Part shown: in pieces, positions 54,771-64,000 of the stretch
Layout of the letters: each line of letters begins with the position of its first letter
How positions within the stretch are numbered: the stretch's first letter is position 1
Origin: an uncultured Planctomycetaceae bacterium
GTDB lineage: Bacteria > Planctomycetota > Planctomycetia > Planctomycetales > Planctomycetaceae
Direction: 5' to 3'
NCBI GenBank assembly: GCA_963813715.1
Contig: CAWFAK010000017.1
Location: forward strand, 256,001-320,000
Length of the DNA: 64,000 bases
Notes under the pieces: model-generated
Database searches by the model: none
Told to the model about the DNA's origin: nothing
The model's input: the letters and a program-made list of their open reading frames with translations, nothing else
Position numbers and translations under genes: made by a program

Positions 54771-55487
54771 CTAGCAGCGCATCGTCTTCCGCTTTTTGCC
54801 GAGCTTTCCGGAGCTCTCGGCTTTCGCGATCGCAGTGGTTGCCAGCGGTACCTGGCACGCGGTCTCGCCCATATCGACAGTGACCGCGCCGATCTTTTGG
54901 GCCGTTTTCTTCGCCTGCGCGGCGAGTGGCTTCACGTGGGTGCCGACGGCGATTACGAAATTGTTCATCGCGTGGCGGACGCGGTTTTTCGCCGTGTGGA
55001 TTTCCTTGGCGGCCACCGCCAATCGCTCGGCGATTTCATCGAGGTCCAGGTCTTCGTCGTCCGTCGTCGCGACGATCCCCGAGTAGGTGCACCAGCCACC
55101 GGCGGCAACCGACTCGTCTTTGGACTTCATCCATTTGAGCGCCAGCGAGCGGGCCGTCGGATGCTCGGCCGCCAGCCAGGGAACCGTGTATTCGGCCACC
55201 ATTGGCAGCCCCTTGGCGGCTTTGGCCCACGCGTCGAGCTGCGGCTGGCTCAGTTGGGTTCCGTCCGCCACCAGGCCGGCCAGGTACATGGCGTCCATGG
55301 TTCCCGTGTCGTACAGCTCGCAGGCGAGCCGTTGTTCGCCTTTGATCTTTTTCGCGATGTCCTTTAGGTGGGCGACGCTCACTCCCAAGACGCGATCGGC
55401 CGCGGTGCCGTGGCGCACATAAATTCGGCGGGTGCTTTCGCTCCCTTTCGCCTTCAACTCGGCCATCACCGATTGAACACTCGCCAT
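54771..55487 (-). CDS. DNA alkylation repair protein (AlkD-like HEAT repeat)
   Basis: GAGG RBS; LGVSVAHLK...LYDTGTMDAMYLAGL...NRVRHAMNNF...VDMGETACQVP. Confidence 0.85.
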   Translation of the reverse strand: MASVQSVMAELKAKGSESTRRIYVRHGTAADRVLGVSVAHLKDIAKKIKGEQRLACELYDTGTMDAMYLAGLVADGTQLSQPQLDAWAKAAKGLPMVAEYTVPWLAAEHPTARSLALKWMKSKDESVAAGGWCTYSGIVATTDDEDLDLDEIAERLAVAAKEIHTAKNRVRHAMNNFVIAVGTHVKPLAAQAKKTAQKIGAVTVDMGETACQVPLATTAIAKAESSGKLGKKRKTMRC

Positions 55488-55510
55488 GAGTTCCTCGCTC
55501 TTGCTGGCGG

Positions 55511-56912
55511 CTATCGCGGTTCGGCCGCCATGAACAGGCCATGCTTGGGGCGGAGCGTCACCCGGGCTTCGGGGACCACCGGCCGGCCGGGGATGAGGTT
55601 GAGCGACCAGCCGGACGTGACAGTCGCCAGGATCAGGACCGACTCGATGAGCGCGAAGTGGTTGCCGATGCAGATCCGCGGACCGGCCCCGAAGGGGAAG
55701 TAAGCGTACGGGTGCCGGCCTTCGGATCGTTCGGGCAGGAATCGGTCCGGGTCGAAACCTTCCGGGTTGTCCCAGAACGAGCGGTGGCGGTGCGTGACGA
55801 ATTGCGACAAGAGCACGGGCGCGCCGGCGGGAATGGTCACGTCGCCGATTTGGTCGTCCGCCGCCGTCATGCGGGCGAGCCCCCACACCGGCGGGTAGAG
55901 CCGCATGGATTCCTGGATGACTTGCTTGGCGTAAGGCAGCTTGGGCAGATCCTCGGCCGTGGCTGAGCGGCCCGCGAGCACGCCGTCGACCTCGCGCTGC
56001 AAGCCGCGTGCGCACCTCGACGTGCTGGGAGAGCAGATAAAAGGTCCAGGTGAGCGCCTTGGCCGTCGTTTCATGGCCGGCGAGGAAGAAGGTCATCACC
56101 TCGTCGCGGAGCTGCTTGTCCGACATCTGCGAGCCGTCTTCATCGCGGGCCGCCATCAGCATCGTCAGCAGGTCTTCGCGCGCGGCTGGCTGTGTTCGAT
56201 GCTGATCGATGATCTTCTGCACGGCTTTGTCGAGCCGTTGGATGGCCCGTTCGTAGCGACGGTTGCTGGCGACCGGCAGGCGCTCCCGAAAGTTCCAGGG
56301 CGAATGGATGCGGCGGCTGATTTCGTCGATGACGAGCGTGAGTGCCGCGCCGACGTCGCTGGCCTCGCCCGTCACGTCGGTGCCCAACAGCGTCTCGCCG
56401 ACGATCCGCATCGTCAGCCGCATCATTTCGTCGGCGACGTCGATCGGTTCGCCCGTTCGCGAGGCCGATTCCCACGAGTCGGCCATCTCCTGCGTGGCCG
56501 TCACCATCGGAGCGGCGAAACCGGCAAGCTTCGGCGCGGTGAACGCCGGTTGCAGCAAGCGCCGCTGCCGCAGCCAGAAATCGCCTTCGCTGGTGATCAG
56601 GCCGTTGCCGACAACGTGGCGCAGTTTTTTGAAGCCGCGCGACTGCTTGGTGTAGTTGTCGCGATGCTTGACGAAGACGTGATACACATGGTCCGGATGA
56701 AACAGCGCGAAGGCGGTGCGCGGACCCAGCTTCAAGCGGACGATGTCGCCGTATTCGGCGTGCGCGCGAAGCAGGAACTGCGCCGCGTCGCGCATCATTT
56801 CGCCGGCATGCCCGATGAGAAAATTGCCCGGAGGCGTGGGGGCCTCGCGGGTTGCAACGGCAGTTCGCGGCGGCATGCGGCCGGCCACGGCGGTCATCCA
56901 AAGCGGCGACAT
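55511..56912 (-). CDS. Cytochrome P450 (frameshift near 56005)
   Basis: AGHETT, ESMRLYPP (ExxR), FDPDRF and FGAGPRICIG heme-thiolate motif. Confidence 0.93.
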
Positions 56913-57041
56913 GGTTGGGTCCCCTGCATTCCGTTCCCAGAATCAACCCAGCGAACGGAGACGATTGTATCACCGAGCGAGCGACCGCAGGACCAAGGTG
57001 CGAGTCCGCGTCAGGTTTATTCAGCCAAGTCCGCGTCGCGT

Positions 57042-58119
57042 TTATTCGAACGGCACGCCGGTCCGCCGAGAAACTTCCCGCAGATCGTCGACGACCGGAC
57101 CCGAGGAGCGGAATTCCCTCGACGCGATTCACGGCTTCGGCCAGTCGCTCGGGGTCGCCGGGAATCAGCGGGCCGTCGGTGCCGGGGGCCGGCTTTGTCG
57201 CGCGGAACGTGCGGATCCAGTCGTCGACCTGCCGTTTGAATTCGGTCGGGTCGATGAAGGCGGCGACGGACAGGGCGCCGAAGAAGTGGCCGATCCCCTT
57301 TCCCACCTCGCGCTCCTGCAGCACCTTGAGCATGATGAACGGCGGCGTGAACGGACCCCAGTTGGCCCCCGACAGCGGCCCGCACAACAAATCGACCATC
57401 GCCGACAGGCAATAGCCCTTATGGCCGCCGCGGTCCTTGTCGGAGCCCATCGGCAGGAGCGCCCCGCCGTTATAAACGTCCTGCGGATCGACGGTGCCGC
57501 GGCCCGTCGCGTCGACGGCCCAGCCGGAGGGAATCGTCTCCTTGCGTCGGACCGCGTTTTCGACCTTGCCGAAGGCGGCGGACGTCGTCGCCATGTCGAT
57601 CACGATGGGGGGTTCTTCGAGGGCTGGGAACGCGACGGCGATCGGATTGGTGCCCAGCCGCCGCTGCGCCCCCCACAACGGTGCCACAATGCTGGTGGTG
57701 TTGGTCATCGCGAAGCCGATCAGGTCGCGCTTGAGCGCCTCGAGCGGGTAATAACCCGCAATGCCGAAGTGATTCGTGTTGCAGACGGCGACCCAGCCGG
57801 CGCCGACCTTCTCCGCCTTTTCCATCGCCAGCTCGTTGGCCCGCATCGAGACCGTCATGCCCAAGCCAGCGTCGCCGTCGACGGTGGCCGCGGCGGGCGA
57901 GTCGCGGACGATGCGAATATTCGGACGCGGATTGACGCGGCCCGATTCGATCAAGTCGACGTAGCTTTTCATCCGCGCGACGCCGTGCGTGTCGATGCCG
58001 CGGAGGTCGGCCACGATCAGGATGTCGGCGGCCTGGTCGGCGTCGGTTCGCGAGATGCCGAACGATTCGAACACGCGTCGGCAGAATTCGTGCAGGCGTT
58101 CCGGGGCGAAGCGATTCAT
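57042..58119 (-). CDS. Ldh_2 family (malate/L-lactate/ureidoglycolate) dehydrogenase (frameshift near 57100)
   Basis: DLRGIDTHG, NHFGIAG, LGTNPIA, DMATT, GHKGY, IPGDPE; repaired end VVDDLREVSRRTGVPFE-stop. Confidence 0.92.
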
Positions 58120-58162
58120 CAAGGTTCCGATTGTTTTGTGTCGTCTGCTCTGTGAGTGTTTT

Positions 58163-58627
58163 CTACTTGGTGTCGTCGACGAGGAGATAAAAAACGTCGG
58201 TTCGCAACTGCGACTCGTCTTCGGTCCAATGACCGTAAATCTCCCAATTTGGTCCGGCCAAGGTCCGCTGGTTATCGGCCGCCCATTGGACGAGCGCCCG
58301 ATGGGTTTCACCCAACCGATGATAGGCTCCGAAATGCGTGGCCGTCACGATCGAGCCGCCGGGCGTCGCGGAGCAGATCAGATCGGCCGTGCTGGCAAAC
58401 GGGGCGGTGACCTCCTGCCCTACTTCCAGGTTGATCACACCGCTGACGTCGGCATCCAAGTAGACGGCCACGTTGCGTCCCCCTTTGAGACCGAGCTGCT
58501 TCACGAGGTTCCACGAGGTGCCGCAGGCCTCCGGCACGACATTCTTCAGCTCATCGAGCCGGGCCTGGCGGCGGACGATGGCAATCGGTTGCGGTTGGAC
58601 GCGACGCGTCTCGATGGGGGCGGTCAT
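58163..58627 (-). CDS. GyrI-like small-molecule-binding domain protein
   Basis: THFGAYHRLGETH...W...GPNWEIYGHW...LRTDVFYLL. Confidence 0.85.
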   Translation of the reverse strand: MTAPIETRRVQPQPIAIVRRQARLDELKNVVPEACGTSWNLVKQLGLKGGRNVAVYLDADVSGVINLEVGQEVTAPFASTADLICSATPGGSIVTATHFGAYHRLGETHRALVQWAADNQRTLAGPNWEIYGHWTEDESQLRTDVFYLLVDDTK

Positions 58628-59018
58628 GGCGGCGGTCCTTCGTTGTGAGCTCGACTTACAGGTGCCGTCTAATGGTGTCAGTCGACTCGACGCCCGGTTA
58701 TTCGTCAAGGCGACACGAACGGGCGGCGGGTTGCGGGTCTAGTCTCCTGAACGTCTGATCCGGGGCGCTTGCCGTCGTTCGGCTTCCCGCGAAGGCCGGC
58801 CCACTTCCCTGGAAGCCCGCCGACTGACTAAGATCGAATCACCGATCCACAATCGAGTGATCGGTTGCAAAGCAACCTGATACCAGGAGTTTTGCCGGCG
58901 TTTCCCCGCTCTTGCCAATGTCGCGCAAGTTGGTGATTGCTGCCTGCCGGATCGTTCACACCAGCCGATTGACCTGCCTTCAATTGATCCTGCCTTCATT
59001 GGAAAGAAGTGGGTGCTG

Positions 59019-60337
59019 ATGTCTGCCGCCGTTGTCTCTCACCGCGCTCTGGCTGTCACGCTGTTCCTGTCGATCATTCCGGCCGCGCATCCGGCGTCGG
59101 CGAATGACTGGCCCAGCTTCCGCGGGGCCGACCGCTCCGCCGTCTCGAAAGAGACGGGCCTGATGGCGAAGTGGCCCAGCGACGGGCCGCCGCTGGTCTG
59201 GCACGTGCAGGGCGCGGGCCGCGGCTATGCGAGCCTGGCGATTGCCGGCGATCGCATTTTCACGCTGGGCGACGGCCCCTCGAGCGAAAAGGACAAAAAC
59301 GAATACGCCATCTGCTTCGATCGCCAGACCGGCAAGCGGCTCTGGAGCAAGATGACCGGTAAGCCCTGGACTTCCGGGCAGCCGAGTTGGCAAAGCTCGC
59401 GAAGCACGCCGACTGTCGACGGCGACGTGGTCTACTTCCTCACCCCCTACGGCCAGTTGATTTGTTTCGACACGGCCGACGGCCAGGAGCGCTGGCAAAA
59501 GGGATGAAGGAGGATTTTGAAGGTCGCAAAGGGGATAGCTGGGGCTACAGCGAATCGGTGCTGATCGACGGCGATCGCCTGATCTGCACCCCCGGCGGAT
59601 CGCGGGAGACGATGGTCGCGCTCGACAAGAAAACCGGCTCCCTCATTTGGAAGTCGAGCCGGCCCGGCGACCGCGGGGCGGCCCACTCCTGCGTCATGAT
59701 TTCCGACGTCGGCGGGACGAAGGTCTACGTGCAAGACACGGCCAGCGGGCCGATCGGAGTGCGGGCCTCGGACGGCAAGCTCTTGTGGTCGCACGCGATC
59801 GACCAGACGCCGGCCGTCATTCCCACGCCCATCATCAAGGGCGATTTGGCCTACTTCTCCATCGGTTACAAACGAGGCGGCATCCTCTTCCAGCAGGTGC
59901 CGACCGCCGACGGGGGCGTCGAGGTCAAGGAGATTTACGGACTCAATCCGAAGATGGCCAACAAGCACGGCGGCGTAGTGCTCCTCGGCAACTACGTTTA
60001 CGGCGACACCGAAGACTCGGGCATTCCGTTTTGTGCCGAGCTGATGACGGGCAAGATCATGTGGAAGAAGCGCGGCTCCGGCCGGGGCTCGGCCGCGATG
60101 GCCGCCGCCGACGGCCACCTCTACATTCACTTTGCCGACGGCACAATGGTCCTGGCCAAGGCCTCGCCGAAGAAATACGCCGAGGTCGGCTCATTCAAAG
60201 TGCCCGGCAGCGGCGAACGGCCGAGCTGGTCGCACCCGGTGATCCTGGACGGCAAGCTCTACCTGCGCGAGCAGGACCACATCCTCTGCTACGACGTCCG
60301 CGCGAAAGGCCCAGGCTCCCCGCTCGCTCATCGCTGA
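59019..60337 (+). CDS. PQQ-like beta-propeller secreted protein (frameshift near 59500)
   Basis: DWPSFRG, GPPLVW, STPTVDG, WGYSESVL, SWSHPVILDGKLYLR. Confidence 0.9.
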
Positions 60338-60388
60338 ACCGGATCGCTGAGATCGCGGCGACTGACGGGCGCGTCACAACTCGCGTTA

Positions 60389-60412
60389 GCGGGGCAAGCT
60401 GCCAGCTTGCCC
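60389..60412. repeat. Single REP copy of the same family, between convergent genes
   Basis: GCGGGGCAAGCTGCCAGCTTGCCC, followed by GCCGA as at 40396. Confidence 0.8.
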
Positions 60413-60419
60413 GCCGATG

Positions 60420-61154
60420 TCAGCGATCAGATTCCGGCGGCGGATCGCCCGGACCGCGCTCGCGCCGGTTGTCGCTCTGCGGACCGTCCGGCCGTCTGCC
60501 GTTCGCATCCGGGCCACCACCCGGCCCGCGTCGACCGCGACGACCCGGCGGGCCAACGCGTTGCCGCATCTCTTTGAGCTGCTGCTTCTGCGCGTCGGTT
60601 AGCAGTTTGTCGAGCTTTTCGTCGACTTCCTTCTGGAGCGCGGCGATTTGGTCCCTCTGCTCGGGAGTGAAATGCAGTTCGTCCTGCAGGAAGTTCGGCA
60701 GGATTTGCCCTGGTCTCGGTGGTCCGCCGAAACCGGGGCCGCGGGGCCCACCCGGACCCCCGGGGCCGCCAGGGAATCCGAATCCCCGTCGGCCGCCGTT
60801 CGAGTCGTCTTCCGCGAGCAGCCGCGTGGCGAGGGCCGTCAACTCGTCTTTGGTGACCACGCCGTCTTTGTTGGCGTCGGCCCGATCGAACGTCCGCAGC
60901 AAGCGTTCGTCGGTAATTTCGTCGCGCGTCAGTTTGCCGTCTTTGTTCTTATCGAAGGCCATCAAGCGCGCCACGAAGGCATCGACCGCGGCCGGATCGG
61001 GTTTGCCCTTGGGGGCTGCGGGAGGACCATCTTCGGGCCGGCCCGGCCGGTCCGGCGGTCCTTGAGCGAAGGACACCGAGGGCAACACGGCGCCACCAAT
61101 TGCCAATGCCAGAATGGCAATGGTGCGACGGAAAACGTGATCGAGCGAGTCCAT
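60420..61154 (-). CDS. Secreted EF-hand protein with Gly/Pro-rich region
   Basis: DKNKDGKLTRDE and DANKDGVVTKDE; LTDAQKQQL. Confidence 0.85.
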   Translation of the reverse strand: MDSLDHVFRRTIAILALAIGGAVLPSVSFAQGPPDRPGRPEDGPPAAPKGKPDPAAVDAFVARLMAFDKNKDGKLTRDEITDERLLRTFDRADANKDGVVTKDELTALATRLLAEDDSNGGRRGFGFPGGPGGPGGPRGPGFGGPPRPGQILPNFLQDELHFTPEQRDQIAALQKEVDEKLDKLLTDAQKQQLKEMRQRVGPPGRRGRRGPGGGPDANGRRPDGPQSDNRRERGPGDPPPESDR

Positions 61155-61310
61155 GGAAGCGTCCTCTGAAGAAACCATCGGGGCGGACGAGCCGCGATTC
61201 CCAACGAGAGTAACGGTCAGTTGCCCGGATCCTCCACGCCGCTTTTTCAGGGAGCCGCGAAATTCACTGGCGAACCTGAAGTGCGGCTGATGCTGCTGGC
61301 TTCCATCAGC

Positions 61311-62177
61311 TTAGATCCCGCCGCCGGCGTCTGGCGGCAGGCGATGGTCCATCGTCAGGGCCGGATCGTCCTCGCACGGCTTGCCGACCACCTTGGCCGG
61401 CACGCCGGCGACCGTGCAGTGCGGTTTCACCGAGGTCAAAACGACGCTGCCGGCTCCGATTTTGGCCCCAGTCCCGATCTCGACGTTCCCCAGGATCTTG
61501 GCCCCGGTGCCGATCAGCACGCCGGCCCGCACCTTGGGGTGCCGGTCGCCGGTTTCCTTGCCGGTCCCGCCGAGGGTGACGTCGTGCAGCATCGAGACGT
61601 CGTTTTCCACGACGGCCGTTTCGCCGATTACCACGCCCGTGCCGTGATCGATCAGGATCCCCTGCCCGATGCGGGCGGCCGGATGGATATCGACGGCAAA
61701 GACTTGCGAGACGCGATTCTGCAGGAAGAGTGCCAGCGAGCGGCGGTCACGCGTCCACAGCCAGTGCGCCACCCGGTACGACTGCAGCGCCTGAAAGCCC
61801 TTGAAGTACAGGAACGGATGCGAGTACGAGGTGGAGGCCGGATCGCGCTCGCGCACGGCCCGCAGGTCGGCCCGAATGGCCTCGCTGATCTGCGGCGACG
61901 CAGCGAACGCCTCGTCGATCACTTCGCGGATCAGCATCTCGGAGAGGCTTGGACCGCCAAGCTTGCCTGCCAGGTGAAAGCTGAGCGCGTCTTCGAGCGT
62001 GTCGTGCTTGAGGATCGTCGCGTAGAGGAAGCTGGCGAGGATTGATTCACGATCGACTTCGCGAGCCACCTCTTCACGGATCGCCTGCCAGACCGGATCG
62101 TCGGCGAGCTGCGCGGGCGGCCGGCGTTTGGCGCGCTTACTCGGAGAATGTTCGCTGGCGACTGGTCCCATATCCAT
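61311..62177 (-). CDS. cysE: Serine O-acetyltransferase
   Basis: ERDPA, FKGFQALQSYR, VDIHPAA, IDHGTGVVIGETA, GGTGKETGDRHPK. Confidence 0.96.
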   Translation of the reverse strand: MDMGPVASEHSPSKRAKRRPPAQLADDPVWQAIREEVAREVDRESILASFLYATILKHDTLEDALSFHLAGKLGGPSLSEMLIREVIDEAFAASPQISEAIRADLRAVRERDPASTSYSHPFLYFKGFQALQSYRVAHWLWTRDRRSLALFLQNRVSQVFAVDIHPAARIGQGILIDHGTGVVIGETAVVENDVSMLHDVTLGGTGKETGDRHPKVRAGVLIGTGAKILGNVEIGTGAKIGAGSVVLTSVKPHCTVAGVPAKVVGKPCEDDPALTMDHRLPPDAGGGI

Positions 62178-62369
62178 GTCTGGCCTCAACCCGGCTGACC
62201 TCAAGCGGAAACTGCGTGGAGCTTGCCGATTGAATCATAGCAGCACGCGAGAGAAACACGAGTTGGCGGGCCGGGGCGCACGGTGGACGCCGGATCTGCA
62301 TCAGATCTGCTGAAAAGGAAAAAGCACCCGCCAGCTGACGCAGGCGGCTCGCCGGGTGAGCGCGCGGCC

Positions 62370-64000
62370 TTACGGCATGACCAGCAGGGTCACGCTCGAG
62401 GGCCGGTCGTGGGTGTGGTAGACCCGCTCGGTCGCCTTTTGGTAGTCGCTGGCCGGGGCGTTGTAGATGTCGACGAATTTTTGCGGGTTGCGGTCGATCA
62501 GCGGGAACCAGCTCGATTGCACCTGGACCATGATCCGGTGGCCGGTGCGGAACGTGTGGCAGACGTCCTGCATGTTGAATTTGATCGAGGCCGGCTGGCC
62601 CGGCTCGAACGGCTCCGGCTTCTCGAAGCTCTTGCGGAACTTGCCGCGAAAGACGTCGCCCCGCACCAGTTGCTGATAGCCGCCCATGCGGATGTCGGTC
62701 GGGATTGGGCGTCGGGATCGGGGTAGTCGTTCGGGTAGACGTCGATCAGTTTGACGACCCAGTCGGAATCGGTGCCCGTCGTGGAAACCGTCAGGTCGAC
62801 CTTGATCGGTCCGGCGATGGTGACGTCGCCGTCGAGCACGCCGGTCTCATAGACCAGCACGTCGGGCCGACGCGAGGCGAACCGCTGGTCGGCCGTCATG
62901 TACTCCTGCGTCATCCGCGTGGTGGTCGTCTCCTGGTAGTTGACGGGCCGTGCCGGATCGCTCAGGTATTCGTCGGCCTCGTTGGGGCTGGCCTGCGACG
63001 GTGCGTCGGTCGACAGCTTGCCGCCGGCGCGACAGGAAATACGCGTGGGCTTGGGCCTGCCGGGGCGGCCAGTTTTCGTATTTCCGCCAGAGGTTGGTGC
63101 CTGTCTCGAAGACCCAGGCCTTGGGATGCTCGTAGTTGCTTGCCCCTTTGAGGAAATGCTCGAAGAACGGGAACTCGATTTTCTCCCGGTAGAACTCGAG
63201 CGTCGACGCGTTGAATTGCACGTCGCCCAGCTTCGACCCGTCGCCGCGCGACCAGCCGCCGTGCACCCACGGGCCCCATCACGATGCGATTATCGGTCGC
63301 GGGCGAGTTCTTGAGTACCTTGCGATAGACCTCGAGTGCCCCAAACAGGTTCTCGGCGTCGTACCAGCCGCCGACCGTCATCACGGCCGGCTTGATGTTC
63401 TTGATGTGGGCGCGAATGTTCCGCGCCTTCCACCAGTCGTCGTAGTTGCTGTGCTGGCAGACTTCCTTAAGGAAGGCGGTTTCGCCTTTGAAGTAGCGAT
63501 CGCTGGCCTTGCTCAAGGGGCCGAAGTGCAAGAACAGGTCGTAGCCGTCCGGCGTTTCGTACTGGAAGGTCGTGTCGAACTTCTTGATCGGCTGGGGTCG
63601 CGGTCGATCGAAGAACGGCAGGAAGTTGAGCATGTGGGCGATCTGCAGCGCCCCGTTGTGATGCCAGTCGTCGCCGATGAACCAGTCGGTGACCGGCGCC
63701 TGCGGCGAGGCGGCCACCAGCGCCGGGGTGTGCGTCGATCATGCCCGTCACGGTGTAGAAGCCGGGGTACGAGATGCCCCACTGCCCGACCTTGCCGTTG
63801 TGATTCGGGACGTGCTTGATGATCCAGTCGATCGTGTCGTAGGTGTCGCTCGACTCGTCGATGTCGGTCGGCTTCTTTTTGTCGGCGATGTACGGCCGCA
63901 TGTTGACGTACTCGCCCTCGGACATCATGCGTCCGCGGACGTCCTGCAGCACGAAGATGTAGCCCGACTTCTCGAAGAGCGGCGAGGGGCCGAGCCGATC
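62370..64000 (-). CDS. CocE/NonD family hydrolase (alpha-amino acid ester hydrolase-like), several frameshifts, 5'-truncated
   Basis: QDVRGRMMSEG, WGISYPG (nucleophile), GGWYDAEN, DQRFASRRPDV, WFPLIDRNPQ across five ORFs. Confidence 0.92.

Noticed and set aside
54771..56912. 713-aa P450-AlkD fusion in the ORF track
   Set aside because: Created by the frameshift near 56005; the AlkD-like gene has its own RBS and start, and the P450 ends at 55511.
56140..58311. 723-aa Ldh_2 extended ORF
   Set aside because: Read-through from the frameshift near 57100; the repaired stop is at 57042.
62325..62356. Hairpin CCCGCCAGCTGACGCAGGCGGCTCGCC, possibly a second REP family
   Set aside because: Single copy in the window; could simply be a terminator-like stem.

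Overview
High-GC bacterial chromosomal DNA, most likely from a planctomycete (inferred from a LEPRxLL-leader protein, PQQ-like propeller, EF-hand/Gly-Pro protein, DUF1573 protein and an ECF sigma factor). About 55 genes, one tRNA-Pro(CGG), no rRNA and no CRISPR array. Many genes, including purH, are split by single-base indels, often in homopolymers, which is best explained as long-read assembly error. In order: the decayed end of an island integrated at tRNA-Pro; groES-like, amidohydrolase and M81 peptidase genes; an ABC-ECF sigma-anti-sigma-TPR block; a secreted animal-type heme peroxidase preceded by a cryptic leader-only paralog; a receiver protein with a KaiA/RsbU-like tail; a Wzx/Wzy exopolysaccharide locus with a 2OG oxygenase and a sulfotransferase; lipid genes and purH; an accessory zone (39-47 kb) with cassette-like repeats, GTAG-type REP doublets, three secreted peptidases, a RAYT remnant and a 14-Cys secreted peptide operon; a redoxin/heme c/copper monooxygenase fusion; a GyrI-Ldh2-P450-AlkD block; cysE; and a CocE/NonD hydrolase. 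All family calls come from motif recognition by eye; no database searches were run.
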